Source: Spirochaetia bacterium (GTDB taxonomy: Bacteria; Spirochaetota; Spirochaetia; SZUA-6; Fen-1364). From it: a stretch of 35,904 nucleotides of DNA. Each line of letters starts with the position of its first letter. Within the stretch, counting starts at the first letter, position 1. The notes below the pieces were generated by a model. It saw nothing but the letters and a program-made list of their open reading frames with translations. It did not search any database and had not been told where the DNA came from. Location of the stretch: assembly GCA_049514475.1 (NCBI GenBank), contig JBEKVA010000002.1:1-35904 (forward strand), in the 5' to 3' direction. Of the stretch, positions 7,787-15,686 are shown piece by piece. Made by a program: the position numbers and the translations under genes.

Positions 7787-9369
7787 GAGCTTGACCCTTC
7801 CTGCCGGGGGGAAGCCGTGCGCCCCCGCGCTTCGACGCGTCCCTTCGCGCCCGTGGCGAAGAGCATCACACTTTCCTCCGTGGCCTCGGCGCGATCGAGG
7901 ATCACCGAGAGCTCTCCATGGTACATGACGGCCACCCGATCGCAGACTTTCAGGATTTCCGGGACCTCCGAGGTGAGGATGATGATGGATTTCCCTTCCA
8001 TGGCAAGACGCATGATGAGATGGTAGATCTCGGCCTTGGCGCCGACGTCGATGCCCTGCGTGGGGTTGTCGAGGATCATGATGCGGGAGCCCGCCTCGAT
8101 CCACTTCGCCAGGACCACCTTCTGCTGGTTGCCGCCGCTCAGGGAGGTGATGGGCATGTTCACGCCCTGGACCTTGATGTTCAGGTTCTTCACGTGCTCC
8201 TGGGTGCGCCGCTTCTCGCGGCCGGCATCGATGAACGGCCCCCGGGTGAATCCCTTCAGGCGGGCGAGGGTGGTATTGGCGCGGACGGTGAAATCCTTCA
8301 CCAGCGCGTTCTCTTTCCTGTTCTTGGGCGCCAGGCCGATGCCCGCCGCAAGCGCCTTCTCGGGATGGGTGAGGGAGCGCAGGGTACCCTCGACGATGAT
8401 GCGGCCCGCCGTCTTCTGCCGGGAGCCGAAGATGCATTCGAACAGCTCGGAGCGTCCGTCACCCACCAGGCCGGTGAAGCCGAGGATCTCCCCCCGACGC
8501 AGGCTGAAGCTCACATCGTGGAAGAAGCCGTCGCAGGCGAGCCCCTCGACCGACAGCACGACCTCTCCCGGCTGCCTCGGCTTGTAGAACTGCTCCACCG
8601 CCATCTCCCGCCCGACCATCAGGCGGGCGAGGTCCTCCTCGGTGACGCCGCCTGCGGCGACTTTGCCGCCGGCCGCCGTGCCGCCCGCGGCGACCTTGCC
8701 GCTGGCTGCCAGGGCGCCGTCGCGAAGGACGGTGTAGCTGTCGCAGATCGTGAGGATCTCCTTCAGCTTGTGCGAGATGAAGATGACCGCCACCCCCTGC
8801 TCCCGCAGGGTGCGCATCACGGTGAACAGGTAGCGGATCTCGTGCTCGGTGAGAGAGGTGGTCGGCTCATCCATGATGAGGATCTTCGCGTTCTGCAACA
8901 GGGCGCGGCCGATCTCCACCACCTGCTTGTAGGAGGCATCGAGACTGCCCACCATCTGCCGCGGATCGATCTTGACGTCGAGCTGGTCGAGGATTGCGCT
9001 CGTCTTCTCGCACATCGCCTTCTCGTCCACGAAGCCCAGGCCGGTCCTCAGCTCCGCTCCCAGGAAGAAGTTCTCGTAGACGCGCAGATCATTGACGAGG
9101 TTCAGCTCCTGGTGGATGAAGCTGATCCCCAGCCTGCGGGACGCCGCGGGGGTCGGGATGACGGCCCGGGTCCCTGCGATGAGGATCTCCCCGGCATCCG
9201 GGGTGAGAACGCCGCCGAGGATGTTCATGAGGGTGGTCTTCCCCGCCCCGTTCTCCCCGATCAGCGCATGGATCTCCCCCACGGCAAGGGAAAAATCGAC
9301 CCCCCGCAGGGCGGGCTGCCCGAGGAAGGACTTTGATATTCCCGTCATCTTGAGAATCAGCTCATCCAT
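7783..9369 (-). CDS. Sugar ABC transporter ATP-binding protein with two fused ABC domains (RbsA/MglA type)
   Basis: Walker A GENGAGKTT, Walker B ILIMDEPT, and a second-domain signature LSGGNQQK. GAGGA lies upstream of the ATG at 9369. A low-complexity insert (GKVAAGGTAAGGKVAAGGV) sits late in the first domain. Confidence 0.92.
   Translation of the reverse strand: MDELILKMTGISKSFLGQPALRGVDFSLAVGEIHALIGENGAGKTTLMNILGGVLTPDAGEILIAGTRAVIPTPAASRRLGISFIHQELNLVNDLRVYENFFLGAELRTGLGFVDEKAMCEKTSAILDQLDVKIDPRQMVGSLDASYKQVVEIGRALLQNAKILIMDEPTTSLTEHEIRYLFTVMRTLREQGVAVIFISHKLKEILTICDSYTVLRDGALAASGKVAAGGTAAGGKVAAGGVTEEDLARLMVGREMAVEQFYKPRQPGEVVLSVEGLACDGFFHDVSFSLRRGEILGFTGLVGDGRSELFECIFGSRQKTAGRIIVEGTLRSLTHPEKALAAGIGLAPKNRKENALVKDFTVRANTTLARLKGFTRGPFIDAGREKRRTQEHVKNLNIKVQGVNMPITSLSGGNQQKVVLAKWIEAGSRIMILDNPTQGIDVGAKAEIYHLIMRLAMEGKSIIILTSEVPEILKVCDRVAVMYHGELSVILDRAEATEESVMLFATGAKGRVEARGRTASPRQEGSSS
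8647..8712 (-). repeat. In-frame 33-nt tandem duplication inside the ABC ATPase gene
   Basis: The 21-nt cores at 8647-8667 and 8680-8700 match at 19/21 positions with a 33-nt period. The duplication encodes GKVAAGG(T/V)AAG twice. Confidence 0.7.
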
Positions 9370-9393
9370 TGATTCCTCACAGGGGAAAACGCG

Positions 9394-9416
9394 CGGCCGG
9401 CCCTCGGGGCCGGCCG
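9394..9416 (-). terminator. GC-rich stem-loop after the sugar-binding-protein gene (partial terminator or mRNA-stabilising hairpin)
   Basis: cggccggccc-tcg-gggccggccg forms a perfect 10-bp stem. On the minus strand it is followed by CGCGTTTTCC. It lies in the 63-nt gap between the binding-protein stop (9433) and the ATPase start (9369). Confidence 0.5.
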
Positions 9417-9432
9417 TCGCCTCCCGATCGCC

Positions 9433-10383
9433 CTAGTACGGCGAATTGGGATCCAGGTACTGATCGACATTCTCCTTGGTCACAGGGCTCGCAGGGATGA
9501 TGATCGATTTCTGTTCCGGCATCTTCCCGTTCATGATGTCCACGGCGTACTTCACCGCGTCCTTCACCATGAGGGGAGAATAGAGGAACGAAGCCAGGGT
9601 GATGGGGCCCCCTGCCTTGATCTGGTTGAAATATTCCTGCGCGCCGCCGGCGCCGGTTTCGATCTTGATGTCCTTGCGCTTGTTCTCGGAAATCGCCTGC
9701 AGCACGCCAATGGACAGCTCGTCGTCGATGGTGAACACCGCGTCAATGCGCTTTTCGGCATTCAGCAGGTCGCTCATGATCTTCAGGCCCGCTTCCTTGG
9801 AGCTGTTCTCCGCTCCCACTTCCTTTGCAAGCTTGATCTTGGGGAACATCTGCGTCAGGGTGTCCTTGAAGGCGTTCACCCTCTCGGTGTGCACCGAGCC
9901 GTAGGCGGGGACGCCGATGGAGACCACGGTGCCCTTCCCGCCGAGCTTCTCTCCGATGAACTTCGCAGCGTTCACCCCGATGCCCGCGTTGTCGCCGGCA
10001 AGGTAGAATGTCGGCTCAAGCTCGACCTTGCGGTCGAAGATGATGAGCGGGATCTTCGCATTGAGGATCCGCTGCGCCGCCGGGGTGAGGGGCTTGGTAT
10101 CAGAGGGCAGCATGATGACGGCGCTCACCTTCTGCGCTATCAGCTCATCCACCTTCGCCGACTGTTCGCTGGGGTTCGCACCCGTGGTGAGGATATACTT
10201 CACGCCGAGCTCGTCCGCCTGCTTCTTGGCGTTGTAGATCACCGCCGCCACCCAGCCGTGGTCTGCCGCGGGGAAGCTCATTCCCAGCACCTTTTCTTTC
10301 GGCTTGGCCGGGCCGCACGCAGCCAGGGCAAGTACTCCGGCGACCAGGACCGCCGCCACAAGAACGGAAATACCTTTTCTCAT
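9433..10383 (-). CDS. Sugar ABC transporter substrate-binding lipoprotein (ribose/monosaccharide-binding, Peripla_BP_4-like)
   Basis: Signal peptide plus lipobox (MRKGISVLVAAVLVAGVLALAAC). The rest has a periplasmic binding-protein pattern (...VIMLPSD..., ...IPLIIFDR...). AAGGAGG lies upstream of the ATG at 10383. Confidence 0.9.
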   Translation of the reverse strand: MRKGISVLVAAVLVAGVLALAACGPAKPKEKVLGMSFPAADHGWVAAVIYNAKKQADELGVKYILTTGANPSEQSAKVDELIAQKVSAVIMLPSDTKPLTPAAQRILNAKIPLIIFDRKVELEPTFYLAGDNAGIGVNAAKFIGEKLGGKGTVVSIGVPAYGSVHTERVNAFKDTLTQMFPKIKLAKEVGAENSSKEAGLKIMSDLLNAEKRIDAVFTIDDELSIGVLQAISENKRKDIKIETGAGGAQEYFNQIKAGGPITLASFLYSPLMVKDAVKYAVDIMNGKMPEQKSIIIPASPVTKENVDQYLDPNSPY

Positions 10384-10420
10384 GGACCAACCTCCTTGAA
10401 CAGTGGCGGCTTTGCCGCCA

Positions 10421-10457
10421 TAAAAAATCCTCCATCCATACGGATGGATTTTCTCTC
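10421..10457. terminator. A/T-flanked short hairpin (bidirectional terminator-like) between the URO-D pseudogene and the binding-protein gene
   Basis: taaaaaa-tcc-TCCATCC-atac-GGATGGA-ttttctctc, with the stem at 10431-10448. An A6 run lies on one side and T4 on the other, so either strand sees a hairpin followed by a T-run. The stem is only 7 bp and modest in GC. Confidence 0.4.
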
Positions 10458-10543
10458 ACGAATGTGATGCCCCCGCTCCCTCGCTGCGCTCACCAGGTCA
10501 AGTTCGCCCAGAGGAACGAGTATCCCAGGGAATCAACCTGCTC

Positions 10544-11994
10544 CTACGCACGGCGGAAAAGCGCCTCGTCTCCGGTGAACTCCGGAAAGTCCTTCGCCTT
10601 CTGCTGCCAGGGGATGCAGACCCCCGGAGGGCGTCCCTGGGCGGCCGCCCTCCCCGCCAGTGCAGGCATCGATGCTTTCCCCGAGGGCTGATGGCTGCCA
10701 GGAGCAGCCGAGCTGCCAGGAGCAGCCGAGCTCCCATGCGCAACCGAGCCGCCGGGAGCCGATGCGCCGCCAGCGGCCGAGCTGTACACACCGTACTCGT
10801 GCGTCGCCTCGATCATCGCCCTCACGTTCTCCACCCGGGCGTCGTCCATGATCAGGGCGCTGGCATCCATGATGTAGCCTCCCCTGCCGGCGACCCCCTC
10901 GATGATCTGCCGGCAGCGCTCCCGCACGGCCTTGGGCGTCCCGATGGACAGCAGGTCGTTCGGCACGCCGCCGCTGATGCAGAACTTCTTCCCCAGAACC
11001 TCGGCGGTCCTGAAGATGTCTCCCCTGTCGACGTGGTAGATGATGCTGCCCGCCGGCAGCTCGTTGAAGCTCTCAGATGAGCATCCCAGTTTCCTTCCGC
11101 GTAGAAGAGCACCTGATGGCCGGCCGCCCAGATCTCTTCCACGATAGGTTTCAGAGTGGCCCAGTAAATATCGCGAAATATCTCCCCGGAAACGAATGGC
11201 ACGCCGCCGCGGTGCATCCAGATGGTCACGGGCACCAGCTTCTCGGGGTCCGCCCCCCCCAGCGCGCTTTTCAACAGGTGCGGAGCCAGCGCTTCGCAGG
11301 CGGCCATCACCTGGTCCTTCCGCTCGAAGAGGTCGTAGGAAAGGTTGATGTAACCCCGCATCTTGTCGGCAAGGATGTCCAGGGGCGCCTTGAGCGTGCC
11401 GGCGTTGGCGGCCACCACCCCGGCCTCGGTCCGCATCATCTGCCCGTACCTGCCGAACTCCCCCATGTACATGAGGAAGGACAGCGCGCCGTTGATGAGC
11501 GCCATGTTGTGCTCCAGGGTGACAGGGGAGCCGGGGGGCTGGATGTGCCGCGTGAACCGGGGGAACCAGGTGTTCAGCAGGAATGCCGTGGGGTCGTCGA
11601 TGAGCGAGCCGTACTCGTCCTTTTTCAGGAACGCGCTCTCCTCGTCGGAGGGCTCTCCCCACTGCGTCGCGCTGGTCGGGGCAAGCCCTGCGCCGGGGAA
11701 CGTGACCGACTTCCACCCCAAGGCAGTGATCATGCCGACCCAGTTGACAATGGCGTTGCTCATGGCCGCATCGACACCGAGCTCCGCCACGCAGCGGCGG
11801 GTTGCGTCAAAGGCAAGCTCGTAGCTGCAGGCCACCTGCTGGTTGTCGTAGCCGGCGTAGCGCGCGGCGAACTCCTGCGCGAAAAGCCTCACCGGCACAC
11901 GGTCCGGCTGCTGGTTCTTCATTGCCGTCACGTATCGCCGCTGCCTCTCGCGGTAGAGGAACTCGAGGCTTCCTTCGTGCCCGTCCGTGCTCAT
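10544..11994 (-). pseudogene. URO-D/MtaA-like family gene, copy 2, interrupted by a net -1 frameshift near 11072
   Basis: The N-terminal 300 or so residues (start ATG at 11994) read well up to ...VLFYAEGNWDAHL. The protein-like sequence then continues only in another frame: ESFNELPAGSIIYHVDRGDIFRTAEVLGKKFCISGGVPNDLL...GGYIMDA...THEYGVY..., ending at 10544. The junction reads CAT CTG AGA GC where CTG GAG AGC would restore a single ORF of about 484 codons. Confidence 0.8.
10694..10729 (-). repeat. Perfect 18-nt tandem duplication (gctgccaggagcagccga x2) in the C-terminal linker of URO-D copy 2
   Basis: 10694-10711 equals 10712-10729, followed by a 5-nt partial third copy. The duplication encodes SSAAPGSSAAPG. 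Confidence 0.85.
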
Positions 11995-12009
11995 CCCCTT
12001 CCCCTTCCC

Positions 12010-12394
12010 TCAACCGCGCTTCGGCTTGTTGATGTTGCTGAGGATGACGGCCCCGACGATCAGGACTCCCAGCGTGACGTACTGGTAGAAATACGGCACG
12101 TCCATGAGGCTGAGGGCATTGGAGATCACACCGAGGAGGAGCACTCCCACCCGAAGGCGGCCGTGACCGTTAGGGCCGCAATAATCGCGAATGAGAGCGC
12201 GGTGAATCTGATCTTCGAAACCATGTAAGCTCCTCCTCGTGTCATTGAGAAACGTTGAGTCCTCAGTTGTCTTCCCGAGAGCCCGTTATGCCCGAACGGC
12301 TGCCGCGCGGCCTCCCGAGCCCCGGGCTCCGCAGCCGCCGCCTTGATCCGCTGCCTGCTCACCTCCTTTTCCGCAGAATGCGGCTGCTCCATGG
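12010..12394 (-). pseudogene. Decayed 3' fragment of a second RbsC/AraH-type sugar ABC permease gene
   Basis: The frame ending at TGA 12010-12012 reads ...GHGRLRVGVLLLGVISNALSLMDVPYFYQYVTLGVLIVGAVILSNINKPKRG*. This is the canonical permease C-terminus (compare GGRGSVIGTFFGVLILGILSNMLTLMGVS in the intact permease here). Upstream pieces (..FLND..GFEDQI.. and ..FAIIAAL..) appear in different frames. No N-terminal part of the permease is present. Confidence 0.55.
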
Positions 12395-13369
12395 CTACGC
12401 CTTTCCTGCGCTGCCCATCACCTGGGTGATTTTGTAGATATACAATTCTTTCATCTGCTGCCGCCCCGCCGACAGGAACGAGCGCGGATCGATGGAGGCG
12501 GGCTTTTCCGCCAGTGCCTTGCGCACCGCGGCGGTCATCGCGATCCATCCGTCGGAGGCGATGTTCACCTTGCATACGGAGGACTTCACCGCCTTGATCA
12601 CCTGGTCCTCGGGAATCCCCTGGGACTCGGCCAGGGCCCCGCCATAGCGGTTCATCATCTCGACGTAGCGTGCCGGCAGGGCCGATGCGCCGTGCAGCAC
12701 GATGGGGAAACCAGGCAGGTCCTTCGCGATCTTCTCTAATATATCGAATCGCAGCGGAGGGATGGGGTCTCCCTTTTTCACCTTGATCTTCACCACGCCG
12801 TGCGAGGTCCCGATGGAGATGGCAAGGCTGTCGACGCCCGTGCTCTTCACGAACTCGGCCACGGCACGGGGATCGGTGAAGGTCGACGCGCCGTGCGCCA
12901 CATCCTCCTCGATTCCCGACAGCACCCCCAGCTCGCCTTCGACGGTGACGCCGTGCGGGCGGGCGTACGCGACCACGCGGGCGGTCTCCTTGACATTCTC
13001 CGCGAAGGGCAGGGCCGATCCGTCGATCATGACGGAGGAGAACCCGTCGTCGATGCAGGCAAAGCACTCTTCCGCGCTCTTGCCGTGGTCGAGGTGCAGC
13101 GCCATGGGCACCTTCGTCCCCGCCCTGCTCATCGTTTCAATGCAGCCCTGCGCCATGTACCTGACCATGGCGGGCCCGATGTAGGCGCGGACATTCGCCG
13201 AGCATTGCATGATGAACGGGGAGCGGGTCTCCATGGAGGCCTCGAGGATGGCAAGCATCTGCTCCAGGCAGACGAAGTTGAAGGCAGGCACGGCATACCC
13301 CTCCGCGTATGCCTTCTTGAACATGTCCCGTGTGTTCGCGAACCCCATCTGGGCGTAGCTTTCGCTCAT
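12395..13369 (-). CDS. Class II ketose-bisphosphate aldolase (fructose/tagatose-1,6-bisphosphate aldolase family)
   Basis: Motifs: ...AVPAFNF..., ...ALHLDHG..., ...VEGELG..., ...AISIGTSHG..., ...VLHGAS. The start ATG at 13369 overlaps the upstream stop (ATGA). Confidence 0.9.
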   Translation of the reverse strand: MSESYAQMGFANTRDMFKKAYAEGYAVPAFNFVCLEQMLAILEASMETRSPFIMQCSANVRAYIGPAMVRYMAQGCIETMSRAGTKVPMALHLDHGKSAEECFACIDDGFSSVMIDGSALPFAENVKETARVVAYARPHGVTVEGELGVLSGIEEDVAHGASTFTDPRAVAEFVKSTGVDSLAISIGTSHGVVKIKVKKGDPIPPLRFDILEKIAKDLPGFPIVLHGASALPARYVEMMNRYGGALAESQGIPEDQVIKAVKSSVCKVNIASDGWIAMTAAVRKALAEKPASIDPRSFLSAGRQQMKELYIYKITQVMGSAGKA

Positions 13370-14802
13370 ATGCCGTTCCCTGACCCCCGAAGGTATGCGC
13401 CGATCTGCTCGGCGGTGGGCTGCACCGGGTCAGCCTTCAGGCCGGGGATATAGCGGGTGGCCTCGTAGAGCGCCGCGGCGTACTTGCCGTGGATGCCGGC
13501 CACGTGGTGGATGTAAGGCCCGCGGACCAGCCGTTCTTCCCACAGCGGCCAGTCGGGCACCTCCACCCAGAGATAGGTGCCGAGGGTGAACGGGCCGTCG
13601 GTCCCGCGGCCGTGACCCATCAGCAGGGAGTACTCTCCCCCGATCCCGTCAAAGCGCGCAATCGTAATGTCCCCGCCCTTGATCTCGAAATTACCCGTTC
13701 CCGGCCGATGCGGGGGGATGACGAAGTGCGTGCCCAGGAACGCGGCGTTGGGCTTCTTCACCAGGGAGTGCGGGAAGTTGCCGCAGTGCCAGAGAAGCTC
13801 CGCGTTGTCGTTGGTGGGGTGACGCACGGTGAGGTCGGCGAAGAACGGCGGGGTGGCGCCGCGCGCCGCCTCCTGCAGCAGGAGGGCGCTCAACGCGCCG
13901 TGGATGTCGGTTTCGCAGGTCACCGGCACGCCCATGGTTGCCAGCTCTCCGTTGACGAAGCAGGGATAGATGCCCAGGGCATCAGGCAGGTCGTCGTGGC
14001 ACTTGAAGGCAATCGCGTCCAGCTCTTCTTTCTCCGCCCAGTCGGCCAGGAAGAGCTTCAGGGCCGCCACGCGCGTGAGGGCCTCGTCGTTCACGCCTTT
14101 CAGCGCGACGCGGCTCTTCATGGACTGGGCCTCGTCCTTGACCCGGGGGTCCTTGGCCGCCATCTCCAGGACGCGGCGGACCAGCACAACGAGGTCGATG
14201 GGCACCATCTCGATGCCCCAGCGCTGGATGAGGTCCTGCTCGTTGATCATGACCGTGTAGAAGTTCGGCGGCCGGGTGCTCACCTGCCCGATGCGCGCCC
14301 CCAGGAACGCCTTCGCGGCGGCCACCGCGGAGAGGAACGTCTTCACGCCGTTTTCGAACACAGGGGTGTCCAGACGCGAGTTCACGATCCAGGAGTACGG
14401 AACGCCGTACTTTTTCAGCACGTTCGCCGTGGCGAACATGCCGCACTGCGTGTCACGCAGCCGCGAGCCGTCGGGCAGCGGCGCCTCGTCCCGCGGCCCC
14501 CAGATCAGGAGGGGCTTGTTCACGGCGCGGGCAAGCTGGCAGACGACCTCCTCGGTGCCGAAGTTCACGTGCGGGGCAAAGACGGCATCGACATTGGCCT
14601 TCTTGAAAATCTCGGCGGCCGCGGCGGCATGGGCGCGCTCGAAGAGCAGCCCTTCCGTGTTCACCGCGTCCACGTTGACGAACTCAACGTCCCAGCATTT
14701 CAGCTGCTTCTCCACAAGGAGCTTGTACTTCGCCGCATCTTCCGCGGAAAAAACAAATCGGCGCGTCGGGGCAAGGCCCAGCAGCAGCTTCTTCTTCGTC
14801 AT
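13366..14802 (-). CDS. L-fucose isomerase family protein (FucI/AraA-like aldose-ketose isomerase)
   Basis: Start trimmed to the ATG at 14802 (MTKKKLLLGLAPTRR...), with GGAGG 5 nt upstream. 478 aa with ...VFAPHVNFGTEE..., ...RDTQCGMFA..., ...CETDIHGALS..., ...LWHCGNFP.... The ORF-track N-terminal extension overlaps the GntR gene. Confidence 0.8.
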   Translation of the reverse strand: MTKKKLLLGLAPTRRFVFSAEDAAKYKLLVEKQLKCWDVEFVNVDAVNTEGLLFERAHAAAAAEIFKKANVDAVFAPHVNFGTEEVVCQLARAVNKPLLIWGPRDEAPLPDGSRLRDTQCGMFATANVLKKYGVPYSWIVNSRLDTPVFENGVKTFLSAVAAAKAFLGARIGQVSTRPPNFYTVMINEQDLIQRWGIEMVPIDLVVLVRRVLEMAAKDPRVKDEAQSMKSRVALKGVNDEALTRVAALKLFLADWAEKEELDAIAFKCHDDLPDALGIYPCFVNGELATMGVPVTCETDIHGALSALLLQEAARGATPPFFADLTVRHPTNDNAELLWHCGNFPHSLVKKPNAAFLGTHFVIPPHRPGTGNFEIKGGDITIARFDGIGGEYSLLMGHGRGTDGPFTLGTYLWVEVPDWPLWEERLVRGPYIHHVAGIHGKYAAALYEATRYIPGLKADPVQPTAEQIGAYLRGSGNGI

Positions 14803-14825
14803 ACGTCCTCCGTTCCAGAACTGAG

Positions 14826-15572
14826 TCAGCCGGCTCCTCCGGCCAGCTCGTTGTGCAGCACGTAGCGGTCCGCCCGGTAGTACACCCGCAGGTACTCCAG
14901 GGGGATGTCCTCCTGCGAGTAGCTGACCCGCTCGAAGTACAGAAGGGGCGCGCCTGGTTTCATCGCCAGCAGGTGCGCGATCTCGGGCGGGGCGGCGATG
15001 GCCTGGATGGTCTGCATTGCCCGCGACCAGCGCACGCCGTACTTTTTGTCCTTGATTTCGCGAAGCGAGTTCGTCGAAAAATCGTGCTCCAGGATGCCGG
15101 GGATGTAGCGATGCACGAGAAAGGATTCCTCGACGCACATCGGCTCCTCGTCGGCAAGCCGCAGCCGGTCGATGCGGGCCAGCTCCTCGCCCTCGGCGAT
15201 CTGCAGCTTCTCCGCGATGGCGGCGGGGGCCGGCATGAGCCCGGAGAAGAGGATCCGGGTCCGCGGCAGGAACCCCCGCTGCTTCATGTCGTCGGTAAAG
15301 CTCACGATGCGGGTCATGCCGTGCTCGAGCTTGGGGTGCGCCACGAAGCTGCCCCTGCCCCGCTCTCTCAACAGGTGCCCCTCCTGCACGAGCATGTCCA
15401 GGACCTTGCGGACGGTGACACGGCTCACCCCGTAGAGGGTTGTCAGCTCCGATTCCGGTGGTATCATATCGCCGGGCTTCCAGGCCGCGCTGCGGATCTT
15501 TTCCTGGAACAGCTCGTAGAGCTGGTGGTAGAGGGGGAGCTTGCTGTTTGGATTGATGGTTTCAGTAATCAT
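14826..15572 (-). CDS. GntR family transcriptional regulator, HutC subfamily (winged HTH plus UTRA effector domain)
   Basis: The N-terminus reads PLYHQLYELFQEKIRSAAWKPGDMIPPESELTTLYGVSRVTVRKVLDMLVQEGHLLRERGRGSFV. The C-terminal domain is UTRA-like. GGGAGGAG lies upstream of the ATG at 15572. Confidence 0.92.
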   Translation of the reverse strand: MITETINPNSKLPLYHQLYELFQEKIRSAAWKPGDMIPPESELTTLYGVSRVTVRKVLDMLVQEGHLLRERGRGSFVAHPKLEHGMTRIVSFTDDMKQRGFLPRTRILFSGLMPAPAAIAEKLQIAEGEELARIDRLRLADEEPMCVEESFLVHRYIPGILEHDFSTNSLREIKDKKYGVRWSRAMQTIQAIAAPPEIAHLLAMKPGAPLLYFERVSYSQEDIPLEYLRVYYRADRYVLHNELAGGAG

Positions 15573-15657
15573 GCACTCCTCCCTTCTTCGCCTGGCGAAA
15601 GGCGCGCTCGCTCACGCTGCCCGAACCCCCGGGGGCGCTATGCGGTGGCGCTGATTA

Positions 15658-15686
15658 TTGACAGTCGAATCATCATAATGTATTAA
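15658..15686 (+). promoter_or_regulatory. Sigma70-like promoter facing the kinase gene
   Basis: -35 TTGACA (15658-15663), a 17-bp spacer, and -10 TATTAA (15681-15686), all within the only AT-rich stretch of the locus. Confidence 0.55.

Noticed and set aside
11055-11095. Programmed ribosomal frameshifting at the URO-D copy 2 or P-type ATPase breaks.
   Set aside because: There is no X XXY YYZ slippery heptamer or obvious downstream stimulatory structure at either junction. The conserved protein sequence simply continues one base out of phase, as expected for an indel.
12318-12332. The near-palindrome ggagccccgggctcc downstream of the aldolase gene, considered as a possible terminator.
   Set aside because: The stem is only 5 bp, no T-tract follows, and it lies inside the decayed permease relic.
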